A DNA stretch of 64,000 bases from Bacilli bacterium (GCA_028691955.1 JAQUYH010000005.1:14777-78776), one strand, 5' to 3'. Positions 31,297-43,351 are shown, counted from the stretch's first letter. Numbers and translations are program-made. Notes: a model not told the origin generated them from the letters alone.

Positions 31297-33027
31297 ATGA
31301 ATGAAAATTTAGAGAATAAACAAGTTAGGATGCTAAAACTTGGCGAAATATTACCTAATAGATTTCAACCAAGAATTCATTTTGATGAACAAGCGTTAAA
31401 TGAATTATCAGCTTCAATTAGACAGCACGGGGTAATTCAACCAATAATAGTAAGACCTTTAGGCGATAAATATGAAATAATAGCTGGAGAGAGAAGATAT
31501 AAAGCCTCAACTTTAGCGAACGTAGAAGAAATTCCAGCAATCGTAGTTGATTTAAATGATAAAGAGAGTTCAGAGCTTGCCCTTATAGAAAACGTTCAAA
31601 GACAAGATCTAACCCCAATAGAGGAAGCTATATCATATAAAAAGATTCTTTCTATGGGTTATCTAAAACAAGAAGAATTAGCCAGTAGACTAGGCAAAAC
31701 CCAATCAACAATAGCAAACAAGTTAAGATTACTAAACTTAAGTCCAGATGTTCAAGACGCTTTAATGGATGGAAAGATATCTGAACGCCATGCTAGATCA
31801 TTGTTAAAGCTAAAAGACTTAGCCAAACAAGATTTGTTATTAGATAGAATAATAAAAGAAAGATTAACAGTCAGAAAGACTGATGAGGAAATAAATAATA
31901 TGATAGATAGTAAAGATGTAGAAGTTCTAGATTTCAACAAAGAAGTAGCAAGTCCAGAACAAATTAAAGATCCATTAAAACAATTTGATAGTCTATATAA
32001 TATACCAACAACAGCTATAGTGGAAGATAGTCAAGATGAAAATCTTCCTAAAATACCCAATATAACAGCAGCAAAAAGCATATTTGACGAAGCAAATGAG
32101 GGAATTCCAACTGCTGAAGTAAAACCTATAGAGCCAATTCAGACAAGTTTTGCTACCGTAGAAGAAGCAAGGCCTATTGAACCAGTGAGTACCATTGCAC
32201 AAGAAGAAAATCCTGGGTTTACTGATATTAATAAAATAGAGCAAAATGCATCTGATATAAATGTTGAACCAAGAAAAATATCATTAGAAGAACTACTAAA
32301 ATCCCCTGGAAAAGTTGTTTCAACAGCTGCAACTGAAGTGCAACCACCAATTCAGCCTGTAGTAGCAGAAGAAAAGGCGACTGAGCCAGAAGATGATTCC
32401 TTATTTAAAACAGGTAAATTTTTTACAATGATGGATGAAGGAAAAGAGCAATTCGTCCCAACACCATCACCAGTGACAACTCCAGAATCAACTATTTTTG
32501 AACCAAATTCATTAGATAATAAAGGCTTTAATGTGGCTCCAGAAAGTCAATTAGCCGATCTTTTGAAAGATACTCCAAAGGTAAATCCAGTCCCTCTAGA
32601 AAAAGTAGATGAAGGATTTGATATGCCTGTAACAGAGATAGAAGAAGATGAAGGAGAAACAATTCCAACTGCCCCACTACAAAATGAAGATGAGGATTTA
32701 GATAAAACAATGGTTTTTGATTCAGTACCATCCAATATTTCTAATTTATCGGAATTCAAAATGCCTCCGCTTGACGATTTTGCAGCACCAACACCAGAAG
32801 TAAGTCCAGCTCCTGCTCCAGCAGAGTATTCACCAGTTTATGAAGATGAAGAAAAACCAGAAGCAGTAGACAATAATAAATATGGAGCAGCCGATTTAAG
32901 AACAGTAATTAATACAATCCGTAATTGTGCAGCAACAATTGAAAAATATGGATATGTATTAGACACAGAAGAGTTTGACTTTGAGGATATGTATCAAGTA
33001 ATATTTAAAGTTCAAAAAAAGAAGTAA
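31297..33027 (+). CDS. noc: Noc-type ParB-family protein with a long internal low-complexity insertion
   Basis: The N-terminal half has ILPNRFQPR, GVIQPIIVR and GERRYKAS. Its HTH region TQSTIANKLRLLNL..VQDALMDGKISERHARSL matches Noc (GQSTIANKLRLLKL...ITERHARAL) rather than Spo0J. The last roughly 50 aa (DLRTVINTIRNCAATIEKYGYVLDTEEFDFEDMYQVIFKV) match the Noc C-terminal domain. An in-frame TAG lies immediately upstream of the ATG. Confidence 0.8.
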   Translation: MNENLENKQVRMLKLGEILPNRFQPRIHFDEQALNELSASIRQHGVIQPIIVRPLGDKYEIIAGERRYKASTLANVEEIPAIVVDLNDKESSELALIENVQRQDLTPIEEAISYKKILSMGYLKQEELASRLGKTQSTIANKLRLLNLSPDVQDALMDGKISERHARSLLKLKDLAKQDLLLDRIIKERLTVRKTDEEINNMIDSKDVEVLDFNKEVASPEQIKDPLKQFDSLYNIPTTAIVEDSQDENLPKIPNITAAKSIFDEANEGIPTAEVKPIEPIQTSFATVEEARPIEPVSTIAQEENPGFTDINKIEQNASDINVEPRKISLEELLKSPGKVVSTAATEVQPPIQPVVAEEKATEPEDDSLFKTGKFFTMMDEGKEQFVPTPSPVTTPESTIFEPNSLDNKGFNVAPESQLADLLKDTPKVNPVPLEKVDEGFDMPVTEIEEDEGETIPTAPLQNEDEDLDKTMVFDSVPSNISNLSEFKMPPLDDFAAPTPEVSPAPAPAEYSPVYEDEEKPEAVDNNKYGAADLRTVINTIRNCAATIEKYGYVLDTEEFDFEDMYQVIFKVQKKK

Positions 33028-33100
33028 AACTTCTTTTTTTTTTACATTGACTAACATTTGTTTGTATAGTATACTATTTTAAATATAAAGGAGGTGCTTT

Positions 33101-34450
33101 ATGCTTATAGAAAAGATTGAAACAAACCTTTCCAAAAGAAAATTTCATATAAAAGAAGAGATAAAAATAACAGAAAAATCAAACACAGAAAACAATCTTA
33201 TAATAATTTATCCAAACATAACATATCAAGAAATAATAGGATTTGGGGGTGCTTTTACAGAAGCTTCAGGCTATAACTTGAATAAACTAAATAAAGAAAT
33301 AGCAAATAAAATAATAAATGATTACTTCTCTATAGATGGGAATAATTACAATTTATGCAGAACTCACATCAATAGTTGTGATTTTTCTTTAGAAAATTAT
33401 AATTATTCTAATAATCCAGAATTAAAAGATTTTTCCATTAAAAGAGACAAGGATTTTTTAATTCCAACGATAAAGAAAGCCGTCTCAGTTAATAAAAGCA
33501 TAAAGCTACTTGCTTCGCCATGGAGCCCTCCACCATTTATGAAAACAAACAAAAAAATGAATAATGGAGGAAAATTATTAGAAAAGTACTATGCCAGATG
33601 GGCGGAGTATTTATTAAAATATATAAGAGAATACCAAAAAGAAGGAATAAATATAAATTATATTACAATTCAAAATGAACCCAAAGCAACCCAAAGCTGG
33701 GAATCTTGTCTTTATAGTGCAGATCAAGAAAATAAATTTATTAATAAATATCTATTTCCATTATTTCAAAATGCAAAAATAAACACAAAAATTCTTTTAT
33801 ATGATCACAATAAAGAGGAATTATATAAAAGAGTTAATAGTATAATGAAAGAAAATCTGTCCCAAAAAAGTATATATGGAGCCGCTTTTCATAATTATAG
33901 TGGAGATCACTTTGAGAATATTAAAATATCAAAAGAAAAATTTCCAAATTTATTTTTCATTCATACAGAAGGCTGCAACGGATATATAAGACCATACATA
34001 AATTGTAACAAAAGAAACCAAATAAAGGCAGCAGAGAGGTATGCTCATGACATTATAGGAGATTTAAACAGCGGAGCTAATGGATATATTGATTGGAATT
34101 TGCTTTTAGACTACAATGGAGGTCCAAATCATCAAAAGAATTTTTGTAGTGCCCCAATAATGCTTAATAAACGAGGAAATAATTATTATAAAATGCTATC
34201 TTTTTATTATATTGGTCATTTTAGCAAACATATAAAAAGAGGAGCTAAGAGGATAGCAATTTCTAATTACAACAGCGAGATAGAGAGTACAGCCTTTATT
34301 AACTTAGATAAAACTATTGTTATCATTATTCTTAATAGAAACAATAAAGAGATAGAATACAACTTAACTTTAAATGACAAAATTTATAATAATATAATAT
34401 TAAGACACAGCATTTTAACACTAATAATAAAGGAGGAAGAGCATGTTTGA
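33101..34450 (+). CDS. glycoside hydrolase family 30 (glucosylceramidase-like)
   Basis: [32 protein letters not shown] (acid/base Glu) and FIHTEGC (nucleophile Glu) motifs. Confidence 0.8.
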   Translation: MLIEKIETNLSKRKFHIKEEIKITEKSNTENNLIIIYPNITYQEIIGFGGAFTEASGYNLNKLNKEIANKIINDYFSIDGNNYNLCRTHINSCDFSLENYNYSNNPELKDFSIKRDKDFLIPTIKKAVSVNKSIKLLASPWSPPPFMKTNKKMNNGGKLLEKYYARWAEYLLKYIREYQKEGININYITIQNEPKATQSWESCLYSADQENKFINKYLFPLFQNAKINTKILLYDHNKEELYKRVNSIMKENLSQKSIYGAAFHNYSGDHFENIKISKEKFPNLFFIHTEGCNGYIRPYINCNKRNQIKAAERYAHDIIGDLNSGANGYIDWNLLLDYNGGPNHQKNFCSAPIMLNKRGNNYYKMLSFYYIGHFSKHIKRGAKRIAISNYNSEIESTAFINLDKTIVIIILNRNNKEIEYNLTLNDKIYNNIILRHSILTLIIKEEEHV

Positions 34451-36389
34451 TTTAGTTTCAAAATATAAGCCATCTGGAGACCAACCAAAAGCAATAAATG
34501 AATTACTTGAAGGCCTTCAAAAAAACTATAAGCAACAAGTTCTATTAGGGGCAACAGGTACTGGAAAAACCTTTACTATAGCAAATATTATTCAAGAATT
34601 AAATAAACCAACTCTAGTCTTAGCACATAACAAAACACTAGCTGGCCAATTATATGCAGAATTAAAAGAATTATTTCCCAATAATCACGTTTGCTATTTT
34701 GTATCATACTATGACTATTACCAGCCAGAAGCATACGTTGCTAAAACAGATACATACATAGAGAAAGATGCATCAATAAATGATGAAATAGATGAGCTTA
34801 GACACTATGCCACATCTTCTCTTTTAAAATACGATGATGTTATTGTTGTAGCCTCTGTTTCATGCATATATGGTATAGGGGAAATAGAAGAATACGAAAA
34901 TAAGATGTTAACAATATCAACTGGTGATAAAGTAAAAAGAAACCAAATTCTAGAAAAATTAGTAGAAATGCTATATGAAAGAAATGACATTGACTTTAAA
35001 AGAGGAACATTTAGAGCTAAAGGCGATATACTAGAAATAATTCCAATAAATGAGCATTCAAAAGGGATAAGAATTGCTTTTTTTGGAGATGAGGTAGAAA
35101 AAATATCTGAATTTGATGTTTTAACAGGAGCAGTACTGCAAAATAAAAAATCAATTAGTATCTTCCCAGCAAGTCATTTTGTAACAAGCGAAAGCAAATT
35201 AAAAATAGCAATTGAAAACATAAAGAAAGAATTAGAAGATAGGTTAAAATATTTTAAAGAAAACAATAAACTTTTAGAACTTCAAAGATTACAAGAAAGA
35301 ACAAACTATGATTTAGAAATGCTTTCTGAAACCGGCTTTTGTAGAGGAGTTGAAAACTATTCTAGACATATTGCTCTAAAGAAAGCAGGAGAAACGCCAA
35401 CAACCCTAATTGACTTTTTTAAAAAAGACTTTTTAATGGTTATTGATGAATCACATGTTACAATTCCACAAGTAAGAGGGATGTACAATGGAGATCAAGC
35501 AAGAAAGAATGTGCTAGTTGAATATGGCTTTAGACTACCTAGCGCTAAAGATAATAGGCCACTTAAATTTGAAGAGTTTCAGCAAAAAATAGACAAAGTA
35601 ATTTATGTATCTGCAACTCCTGGAGACTATGAACTAGAAAACAACAATCGCATAGTAGAACAAATAATCAGACCAACAGGGCTATTAGATCCAACAATAA
35701 CCGTTAAACCAAGCAAGAATCAAATAGATGATTTAATAGAAGAGATAAATAATACAATAAGTAAAAACGAAAGAATCCTTATAACAACACTAACAATAAG
35801 AATGGCAGAAGAACTTACCGCATATTTAAAAAGAATAGACATAAAAGTAGCTTATCTTCATAATGAAGTAAAAACCTTAGATAGATTAAAAATAATCAAA
35901 GACTTAAGAATGGGTAAATATGATGTCCTAGTAGGAATAAACCTATTAAGAGAAGGAATAGACATACCCGAAGTATCTCTAATAGCTATCATGGATGCTG
36001 ATAAACAAGGATTTCTAAGAAGTGCTAGAAGCCTGATACAAACAATAGGAAGAGCTGCAAGAAATGCAAACGGGAGAGTTATAATGTATGCGGACACAAT
36101 AAGCGACTCAATGAAAGAAGCTATAGAAGAAACTAAAAGAAGAAGAGAAATACAAAACAAATACAACGAAGAAAATCACATAGAGCCAAAAACTATCATA
36201 AAGGAAATTAAAGATGTCATTACTAACCAAGAAGATGATAAAGAGTCTAAAACAAAATTAAGCAAACAAGAAAGAAAGCAGTTAATAGTTAATGTCGAAA
36301 ACGAAATGAAAAAAGCAGCAGAGCAGCTAGATTTTGAAAGAGCAATGGAACTAAGAGATATTCTATATGAATTAAGGGCAGAAAAATGA
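34443..36389 (+). CDS. uvrB: excinuclease ABC subunit B
   Basis: [26 protein letters not shown] and the C-terminal UVR motif ([11 protein letters not shown]). Confidence 0.97.
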   Translation: MFDLVSKYKPSGDQPKAINELLEGLQKNYKQQVLLGATGTGKTFTIANIIQELNKPTLVLAHNKTLAGQLYAELKELFPNNHVCYFVSYYDYYQPEAYVAKTDTYIEKDASINDEIDELRHYATSSLLKYDDVIVVASVSCIYGIGEIEEYENKMLTISTGDKVKRNQILEKLVEMLYERNDIDFKRGTFRAKGDILEIIPINEHSKGIRIAFFGDEVEKISEFDVLTGAVLQNKKSISIFPASHFVTSESKLKIAIENIKKELEDRLKYFKENNKLLELQRLQERTNYDLEMLSETGFCRGVENYSRHIALKKAGETPTTLIDFFKKDFLMVIDESHVTIPQVRGMYNGDQARKNVLVEYGFRLPSAKDNRPLKFEEFQQKIDKVIYVSATPGDYELENNNRIVEQIIRPTGLLDPTITVKPSKNQIDDLIEEINNTISKNERILITTLTIRMAEELTAYLKRIDIKVAYLHNEVKTLDRLKIIKDLRMGKYDVLVGINLLREGIDIPEVSLIAIMDADKQGFLRSARSLIQTIGRAARNANGRVIMYADTISDSMKEAIEETKRRREIQNKYNEENHIEPKTIIKEIKDVITNQEDDKESKTKLSKQERKQLIVNVENEMKKAAEQLDFERAMELRDILYELRAEK

Positions 36390-37213
36390 GATTTAAAAAA
36401 ATATATATTGAAATAACAAACAAATGTAATAAAAATTGTTCCTTCTGTTCCGAAGATAGTCTTCCTAAAAGAGAAATGACCATAGACGAATTTAAACATA
36501 TTTTAAAAGAAATAAAAGAATATACTAATTACATATATTTGCACGTAAAAGGAGAACCATTAATTCATTCTAAAATAGAAGACATAATTAAATTATGTGA
36601 TAAATATAACATAAAAGTAAACCTTACTACTAACGGAACATATTTAAATAAATGCAAAGAAGTCCTATCTTGCAAAATAATAAATCAAATAAACATATCA
36701 TTGCAAACGGCAAGCGATGAAGAATTAAAATCTATCATAGAAGCAACAGAGTATATTTTAAAGAACAGCAGAGCTAATGTTGTTTATAGATTTTGGGCAT
36801 TGAAAGATAATCAATTGTCAAAAAATAACCTTCATCTGCTAAAAAATATTGGTAATTTCTATAATCAGAATTTAATTGATAAAGAATCTTGCAATTATAA
36901 AGTAAAAGAACGATTATACCTAAATAAAGAAAAACAATTCATTTGGCCAAATGAAGAAGTACTGGAGAAAAAAGAAAGCTTCTGTAATGGCTTAAAAACC
37001 CATATAGCAATTCTATCAAACGGAACAGTTGTTCCTTGTTGTTTGGATAGCTCTGGAAATATACCTTTGGGGAATATTTTTACCGAAAGTTTATCCAATA
37101 TATTACAAAAAGAAATAACCATAAACATAATTCAACACTTCAAAAGCAATAAATGTTACAGTCCTTTTTGTAAAAAGTGTGGATATAGACTTAATATGTC
37201 AAAAATGATATAA
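36386..37213 (+). CDS. radical SAM enzyme with C-terminal SPASM/twitch-like Cys cluster, substrate unknown
   Basis: CNKNCSFC (CxxxCxxC) at residues 14-21 and a C-terminal CNGL...VVPCCLD...[15 protein letters not shown] start/stop overlap with uvrB. Confidence 0.75.
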   Translation: MRFKKIYIEITNKCNKNCSFCSEDSLPKREMTIDEFKHILKEIKEYTNYIYLHVKGEPLIHSKIEDIIKLCDKYNIKVNLTTNGTYLNKCKEVLSCKIINQINISLQTASDEELKSIIEATEYILKNSRANVVYRFWALKDNQLSKNNLHLLKNIGNFYNQNLIDKESCNYKVKERLYLNKEKQFIWPNEEVLEKKESFCNGLKTHIAILSNGTVVPCCLDSSGNIPLGNIFTESLSNILQKEITINIIQHFKSNKCYSPFCKKCGYRLNMSKMI

Positions 37214-37220
37214 TAGATAT

Positions 37221-37631
37221 ATGAAAAAAGGAAAAAATTTGATGTATAAAATATTAGATTATTTAGTTCACACAATAGGTTATGCCCTTGTTTTAATAGT
37301 TGCTTCCTTGATATTTCCCAAAACATTTTATATAGATAATAGTTATTACGGATTGTGGCCTTTTATAGCAGCTATCATTATAAGTATTTTAAACAAAACC
37401 ATAAAACCAATATTAGTTTGGCTTACCCTACCATTAACTGCTATTACTTTAGGACTATTTTATCCAGTTATTAATGTTTTAATATTAAACATTGTAGAAT
37501 TTGTTCTAGATAAGCATTTTATTATAAATGGAATTTTTATGAGTATAGTAGTAGCCATAGTAATATCTATACTGAACTATTTTTTAAAGGAATTTATTAT
37601 AAGACCAATTACAGGAGGAAAATATGAATAG
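37221..37631 (+). CDS. YvlD/DUF360 (holin 4_2 superfamily) membrane protein
   Basis: ILNKTIKPILVWLTLPLTAITLGLFYPVINVL matches the YvlD core. It has four TM segments and precedes lgt. Confidence 0.7.
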   Translation: MKKGKNLMYKILDYLVHTIGYALVLIVASLIFPKTFYIDNSYYGLWPFIAAIIISILNKTIKPILVWLTLPLTAITLGLFYPVINVLILNIVEFVLDKHFIINGIFMSIVVAIVISILNYFLKEFIIRPITGGKYE

Positions 37632-38436
37632 TGTATTAATTCAACTAGGAGACTTTTCTATTAGATGGTATTCTATTTTAATTATGTCAGGCGTAATTAT
37701 TGGTGGATTTCTTGCATTTAATGAAGCAAAAAAATTTAACATTTCAAAAGAGTATATGACAAATCTATTCTTTTATTTAATTATCTTTGGAATAATTGGA
37801 GCAAGGCTATACTATGTAGCCTTTAATTGGGAGTATTACGCTAATAATTTAAACGAAACATATCAAATATGGAATGGTGGCCTCGCCATACATGGAGGCA
37901 TTATTGCTGGGTTTATATTTACTTTTATATACACAAAGAAATATAAAATAAAGTTTTTTCGAATGACAGACATCTTATGTGTAGGATTAATAATAGCTCA
38001 ATCCATAGGCAGATGGGGAAACTTCATGAACAGCGAAGCACACGGAGGAGAAACATCATTAGCTTTTTTACAGAGTTTACATTTACCTCAATTTATCATA
38101 GAAGGTATGCACATAAATGGGATTTATTATCAACCAACATTTTTATATGAATCGCTATGGTGCTTGTTAGGTTTTGTTCTATTACTAATTTTTAGAAGGT
38201 TAAATCACACTAAAATAGGCCAAGTAACAAGCCTATATATGATATGGTATGGTATAGGAAGATGCTTTGTTGAGGGCCTTAGAACAGACAGCTTAATGTT
38301 AGGAGAAATTAGAGTAGCTCAGTTAGTGTCAGCAGCAATGATAATATCAGGAATTATTTTATATATTGTTTTAAATAACGGTTCAAAACTAGAAAATAAA
38401 TACAATGATAAGGAGATAATAGATGTTAAATTTTGA
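37624..38436 (+). CDS. lgt: prolipoprotein diacylglyceryl transferase
   Basis: IRWYSILIMSGVIIG, GGLAIHGG, GRWGNFMNSEAHG and YPTFLYESLW-like blocks. Confidence 0.93.
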   Translation: MNSVLIQLGDFSIRWYSILIMSGVIIGGFLAFNEAKKFNISKEYMTNLFFYLIIFGIIGARLYYVAFNWEYYANNLNETYQIWNGGLAIHGGIIAGFIFTFIYTKKYKIKFFRMTDILCVGLIIAQSIGRWGNFMNSEAHGGETSLAFLQSLHLPQFIIEGMHINGIYYQPTFLYESLWCLLGFVLLLIFRRLNHTKIGQVTSLYMIWYGIGRCFVEGLRTDSLMLGEIRVAQLVSAAMIISGIILYIVLNNGSKLENKYNDKEIIDVKF

Positions 38437-39328
38437 TAGTATTATAATAGGCTCAGGAGTTGCTGGGATGACAGCAGCAATATACTTAAAAAGGGCAAAC
38501 TTGAACATTTTATTGATAGAAAAGAATATTCCTGGTGGTCAAATAAATAGATCATCAAGAATAGAAAACTATCCTGGTTTTAAAGAAATAGACGGACCAA
38601 CACTTGCTATGAACGTTTATGAGCAAGTAAATAACTTAAATATTCAATATCAATATGATGAGGTAAAAGAAATAATAAAACAAGAAGATTTATTTTTGGT
38701 AAAAACAAAAAGTCAGGAGTACTTAACAAAAACGATAATTTTAGCAACAGGAAGAAGTGCTAAAGAATTAGGTATTGATAAAGAAAAGCAGCTTGTTGGA
38801 AGAGGAATAAGTTTTTGTGCTTTATGTGATGGCTTTTTCTATAAAGAGAAAGAAGTTGCTATTGTCGGAGGTGGAAACAGTGCACTAGAAGAAGCCTTAT
38901 ATCTATCGGACATATGTAAAAAAGTAACAATTATATTAAGAAGCAAGAAGTTTAGAGCGTCAGAAATGTTTCAAGATAAAATAAAAGAAAAAACAAATAT
39001 TGAGGTTTTATATAACACTCAAATAGCGTCTTTGGAAGAAGAAAATGATAGATTATCTGGCATTATATTAGACAATGGGGATCGCTTAAATGTTGGAGGG
39101 TTATTTATTTACATAGGCTCAAATCCAGATAGTGAAGTAGCTAAAAATTTGAATGTAACAACAGATAACGGTTATATAATAGTTGATGAAAAAATGAAAA
39201 CCAATGTAAATGGAGTCTTTGCATGTGGAGACGTAATTAAAAAAGATGTATATCAGTTAGCAACATCAATCGGAGAAGGCGCTACAGCATCCAATAGCGT
39301 TATAAGTTATTTAAGCGGAATTAAGTGA
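38423..39328 (+). CDS. trxB: thioredoxin-disulfide reductase
   Basis: IIGSGVAGMTAAIY, the redox CALCDG motif, VGGGNSALEEALYL and FACGDV. Confidence 0.9.
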   Translation: MLNFDSIIIGSGVAGMTAAIYLKRANLNILLIEKNIPGGQINRSSRIENYPGFKEIDGPTLAMNVYEQVNNLNIQYQYDEVKEIIKQEDLFLVKTKSQEYLTKTIILATGRSAKELGIDKEKQLVGRGISFCALCDGFFYKEKEVAIVGGGNSALEEALYLSDICKKVTIILRSKKFRASEMFQDKIKEKTNIEVLYNTQIASLEEENDRLSGIILDNGDRLNVGGLFIYIGSNPDSEVAKNLNVTTDNGYIIVDEKMKTNVNGVFACGDVIKKDVYQLATSIGEGATASNSVISYLSGIK

Positions 39329-39376
39329 TTTGACTAACCCAAAAAACTATAGTAGTATTACCATAGGAGGAGTCAA

Positions 39377-40072
39377 ATGAAAAGGGTTAAATTTTTATTT
39401 ATTGCTATGTCTTTATTTCTATTATCAGGATGTATGAAAGCATCAGTTAATGTCGATATTAAAAAAGACGATACCGGAAGTGTAACATACAAGATTGCTT
39501 ATGATAAAGCAGCAATGGAAGAGTATGAAATGGACACAGATGAAATGCTTGGAGAAATTGATAGTTCTTGGACAGAACAAGGAGCTACAGTAACAGATAA
39601 TAACTACGAAGAAGATGGTGTAGAATATGTGGGAAGACAAGTAACTTTTAATTTTAATAGTTTGGAAGAATTAAACACCAAACTACAAACTCTAGAAAGC
39701 GAAGAAGAGGAAGACACAGAAACTACTAATACATTTATGACTTTTACAAGAAATAAAGATGTTGTTACAATTTCTATGCCAAAAGACGAGGAAAGTAGCG
39801 AGTCTATTGGTATGATGGCAAGCATGATAACATATACAATATCCATAAAAGTAGATGGAAAAGTTTTAGAAAACAATGCTGATAGTTTTGATAAAGAAAC
39901 CAACACATTAACATGGAATTATACAACATTCATCAAAGAGGGAATAACAGCAAGTTATAATACGTCCCTTTCAAGCAACAATTGGATAGTTTACATAATT
40001 GGATTGGGTGCCATCGTTTTATTAACAATAGGTTCAATTAACATTTTAAAAAACAAGCAAAAGAAGGCGTAA
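39377..40072 (+). CDS. acidic lipoprotein with C-terminal TM anchor, unknown function
   Basis: LLSGC lipobox at residues 14-18, a Glu/Asp/Thr-rich body, and a C-terminal hydrophobic segment (WIVYIIGLGAIVLLTIGSINIL) followed by KNKQKKA. Confidence 0.6.
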   Translation: MKRVKFLFIAMSLFLLSGCMKASVNVDIKKDDTGSVTYKIAYDKAAMEEYEMDTDEMLGEIDSSWTEQGATVTDNNYEEDGVEYVGRQVTFNFNSLEELNTKLQTLESEEEEDTETTNTFMTFTRNKDVVTISMPKDEESSESIGMMASMITYTISIKVDGKVLENNADSFDKETNTLTWNYTTFIKEGITASYNTSLSSNNWIVYIIGLGAIVLLTIGSINILKNKQKKA

Positions 40073-40133
40073 AGCAATTAAAAACTCGTTTTAAACGAGT
40101 TTTTTATATGTTATAATTAATTTGGTGATCAAA

Positions 40134-41081
40134 ATGAATAAAAAGGTAGTAGTTTTAGGTGGCGGGACAGGTATGTCTTTCCTAATAAAGGGACTAAAAA
40201 ATTTCCCTTTGGATATTACAACAATAGTTTCTGTTTGTGATGATGGTCGAAGTACGGGAAAGTTAAGAACAGAATTTAATATTCCAGCTGTTGGAGATAT
40301 TAGAAAAATACTTATAGCATTTGCCGAGACTGAGCCATTAGTAGAGAAATTGTTAGAGTACCGTTTTGATACTAGTAGCACACTAAGTGGACATACCGTA
40401 GGGAATCTATTATTAGCAGCATCAACGAATATAACAGGTAATATGTCAGATGGAATTGAAGCCTTGGGTAAAGTTTTAAACTTAAAAGGACATGTAATAC
40501 CACTTACAGAAGATAACGTGACACTAGTTGGTAAAATGGAAGATGGTTCTATAATAGAAGGAGAGCACCTTATAACTCAAAGTGAAAAAAAAGTAGTCGA
40601 TGTTTACTATAAAAAAAAGCCAAGAGTAAAAAAAGAAGCTTTAATCGCAATAAAAGAATCAGACCTGATAGTATTGAGCATGGGAAGTATTTATACAAGT
40701 ATTTTGCCAAATCTGATTTGTGATGAAATATTAAAAGAAATAGATAATAGTAAAGCTAAGATAGTATATACTTGCAATCTAGTTACCCAACCAGGAGAGA
40801 CTGATGACTTTAAACTAAGTGATCACATTAAAATATTAAATAGATATTTAGGAAATAGAAAAATAGATGTTGTTATTGCCAATAATGGTAATATAGATGA
40901 AGCCTTAGCACTAAAATATTCTAATTTGGAACAAAAATTACCAGTTATAATAGATGCAGCAGAAACTAAAAAAGAACATGTCAAAATAATATCAGAAAAT
41001 CTAGTAACAATTGAAAACAGTTTATTAAGGCATGACACATTAAAACTAGGCTATCATATATTTTCTTTATTAATGAGGTGA
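40134..41081 (+). CDS. yvcK: gluconeogenesis factor YvcK (CofD-like, UPF0052)
   Basis: VVVLGGGTGMS, DDGRSTG and VGDIRK motifs. It precedes whiA, as in Bacillus. Confidence 0.9.
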   Translation: MNKKVVVLGGGTGMSFLIKGLKNFPLDITTIVSVCDDGRSTGKLRTEFNIPAVGDIRKILIAFAETEPLVEKLLEYRFDTSSTLSGHTVGNLLLAASTNITGNMSDGIEALGKVLNLKGHVIPLTEDNVTLVGKMEDGSIIEGEHLITQSEKKVVDVYYKKKPRVKKEALIAIKESDLIVLSMGSIYTSILPNLICDEILKEIDNSKAKIVYTCNLVTQPGETDDFKLSDHIKILNRYLGNRKIDVVIANNGNIDEALALKYSNLEQKLPVIIDAAETKKEHVKIISENLVTIENSLLRHDTLKLGYHIFSLLMR

Positions 41082-41085
41082 TAAA

Positions 41086-42000
41086 ATGTCGTTTACAAAA
41101 GAAGTGAAAGAAGAAGTAATAAAACATAGTATAGAAGAGATTGCTAAAATATCATTGTTTTCGGCTATTGTTTCAACCAATCAAATAGAAAAAGATAAAA
41201 TAAAGATAACAACAGAAAATGCTAGTTTAGCTCGTTACATTTTTTCCACTATAAAAGAAATACTTCAGATAACCCCACAAGTAACCGTTAGAAATGGTTA
41301 CAATTATCATAAAAATTATATATACATAATAGAAATAAAGAAAGAAAACAGTTGCTTAGAAAAACTTGGAATAAAAGAAGACAAGTTACCTAGTTTATTC
41401 ATTTATGATGATGATGCTTTAAAGAGAAATTACATAAAAGGAGTTTTCCTAACAACAGGGAGTATAAATGATCCCAAAACATCCAGATATCATTTAGAAT
41501 TTATGCTTTCTAATGAAACGTATGCAATCTTTTTTTCAAATTTACTAAATGATTTTAATTTAGGCAGCAAATACATAAAAAAAGACAATAAATACATGGT
41601 TTATATAAAAGAAGCCGAAAAAATAGGAGACTTTTTAAGGATAATTGAAACCGTTCAAGCTCTTTTATACTATGAAGATATCAGAATCTATAGAGATCAT
41701 AAGAATATGACAAATAGACTGAATAACTGTGAGCAAGCAAATGTAGACAAAATTATTTTTGCAGCAGCTAACCAGGTTGAGGACATTAAAATAATAGATA
41801 ACATAGGAGGACTAACCTTACTTGATGATAAAGTAAAGGGAGCAGCAACCTATAGATTAAAATATCCGGAAGCTTCACTTATAGAACTAAGTGAAATAAT
41901 CACAGAAGAAACAGGAAATACAATAACAAAGTCTGGTCTAAATCATCGATTTAGAAAAATAAAAGAATTAGCAAATAAGATAAGAAATAAGCAAATTTAG
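41086..42000 (+). CDS. whiA: DNA-binding protein WhiA
   Basis: MSFTKEVKEE start, a LAGLIDADG-like middle and a C-terminal HTH (SKSGLNHRFRKI). Confidence 0.9.
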   Translation: MSFTKEVKEEVIKHSIEEIAKISLFSAIVSTNQIEKDKIKITTENASLARYIFSTIKEILQITPQVTVRNGYNYHKNYIYIIEIKKENSCLEKLGIKEDKLPSLFIYDDDALKRNYIKGVFLTTGSINDPKTSRYHLEFMLSNETYAIFFSNLLNDFNLGSKYIKKDNKYMVYIKEAEKIGDFLRIIETVQALLYYEDIRIYRDHKNMTNRLNNCEQANVDKIIFAAANQVEDIKIIDNIGGLTLLDDKVKGAATYRLKYPEASLIELSEIITEETGNTITKSGLNHRFRKIKELANKIRNKQI

Positions 42001-42070
42001 TGCTATAATTTAAAAGGAAGCATTTTGCTCAAAAAGTGTAAAAGTTTTATGTTAAAAACAATAAATATAA

Positions 42071-43315
<1,245 letters not shown>

Positions 43316-43322
43316 AAATTAT

Positions 43323-43351
43323 AGCAGTTATCATATAGATAACTGCTTTTT
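43323..43351 (+). terminator. intrinsic terminator after eno
   Basis: Hairpin AGCAGTTATC-atata-GATAACTGCT plus a T-run. Confidence 0.8.

Noticed and set aside
32528-32759. Two minus-strand ORFs (67 and 70 aa) inside the noc-like gene's low-complexity region
   Set aside because: They are antisense to a continuous 576-aa ORF whose flanking domains are clearly ParB/Noc. They are a repetitive-composition artefact.
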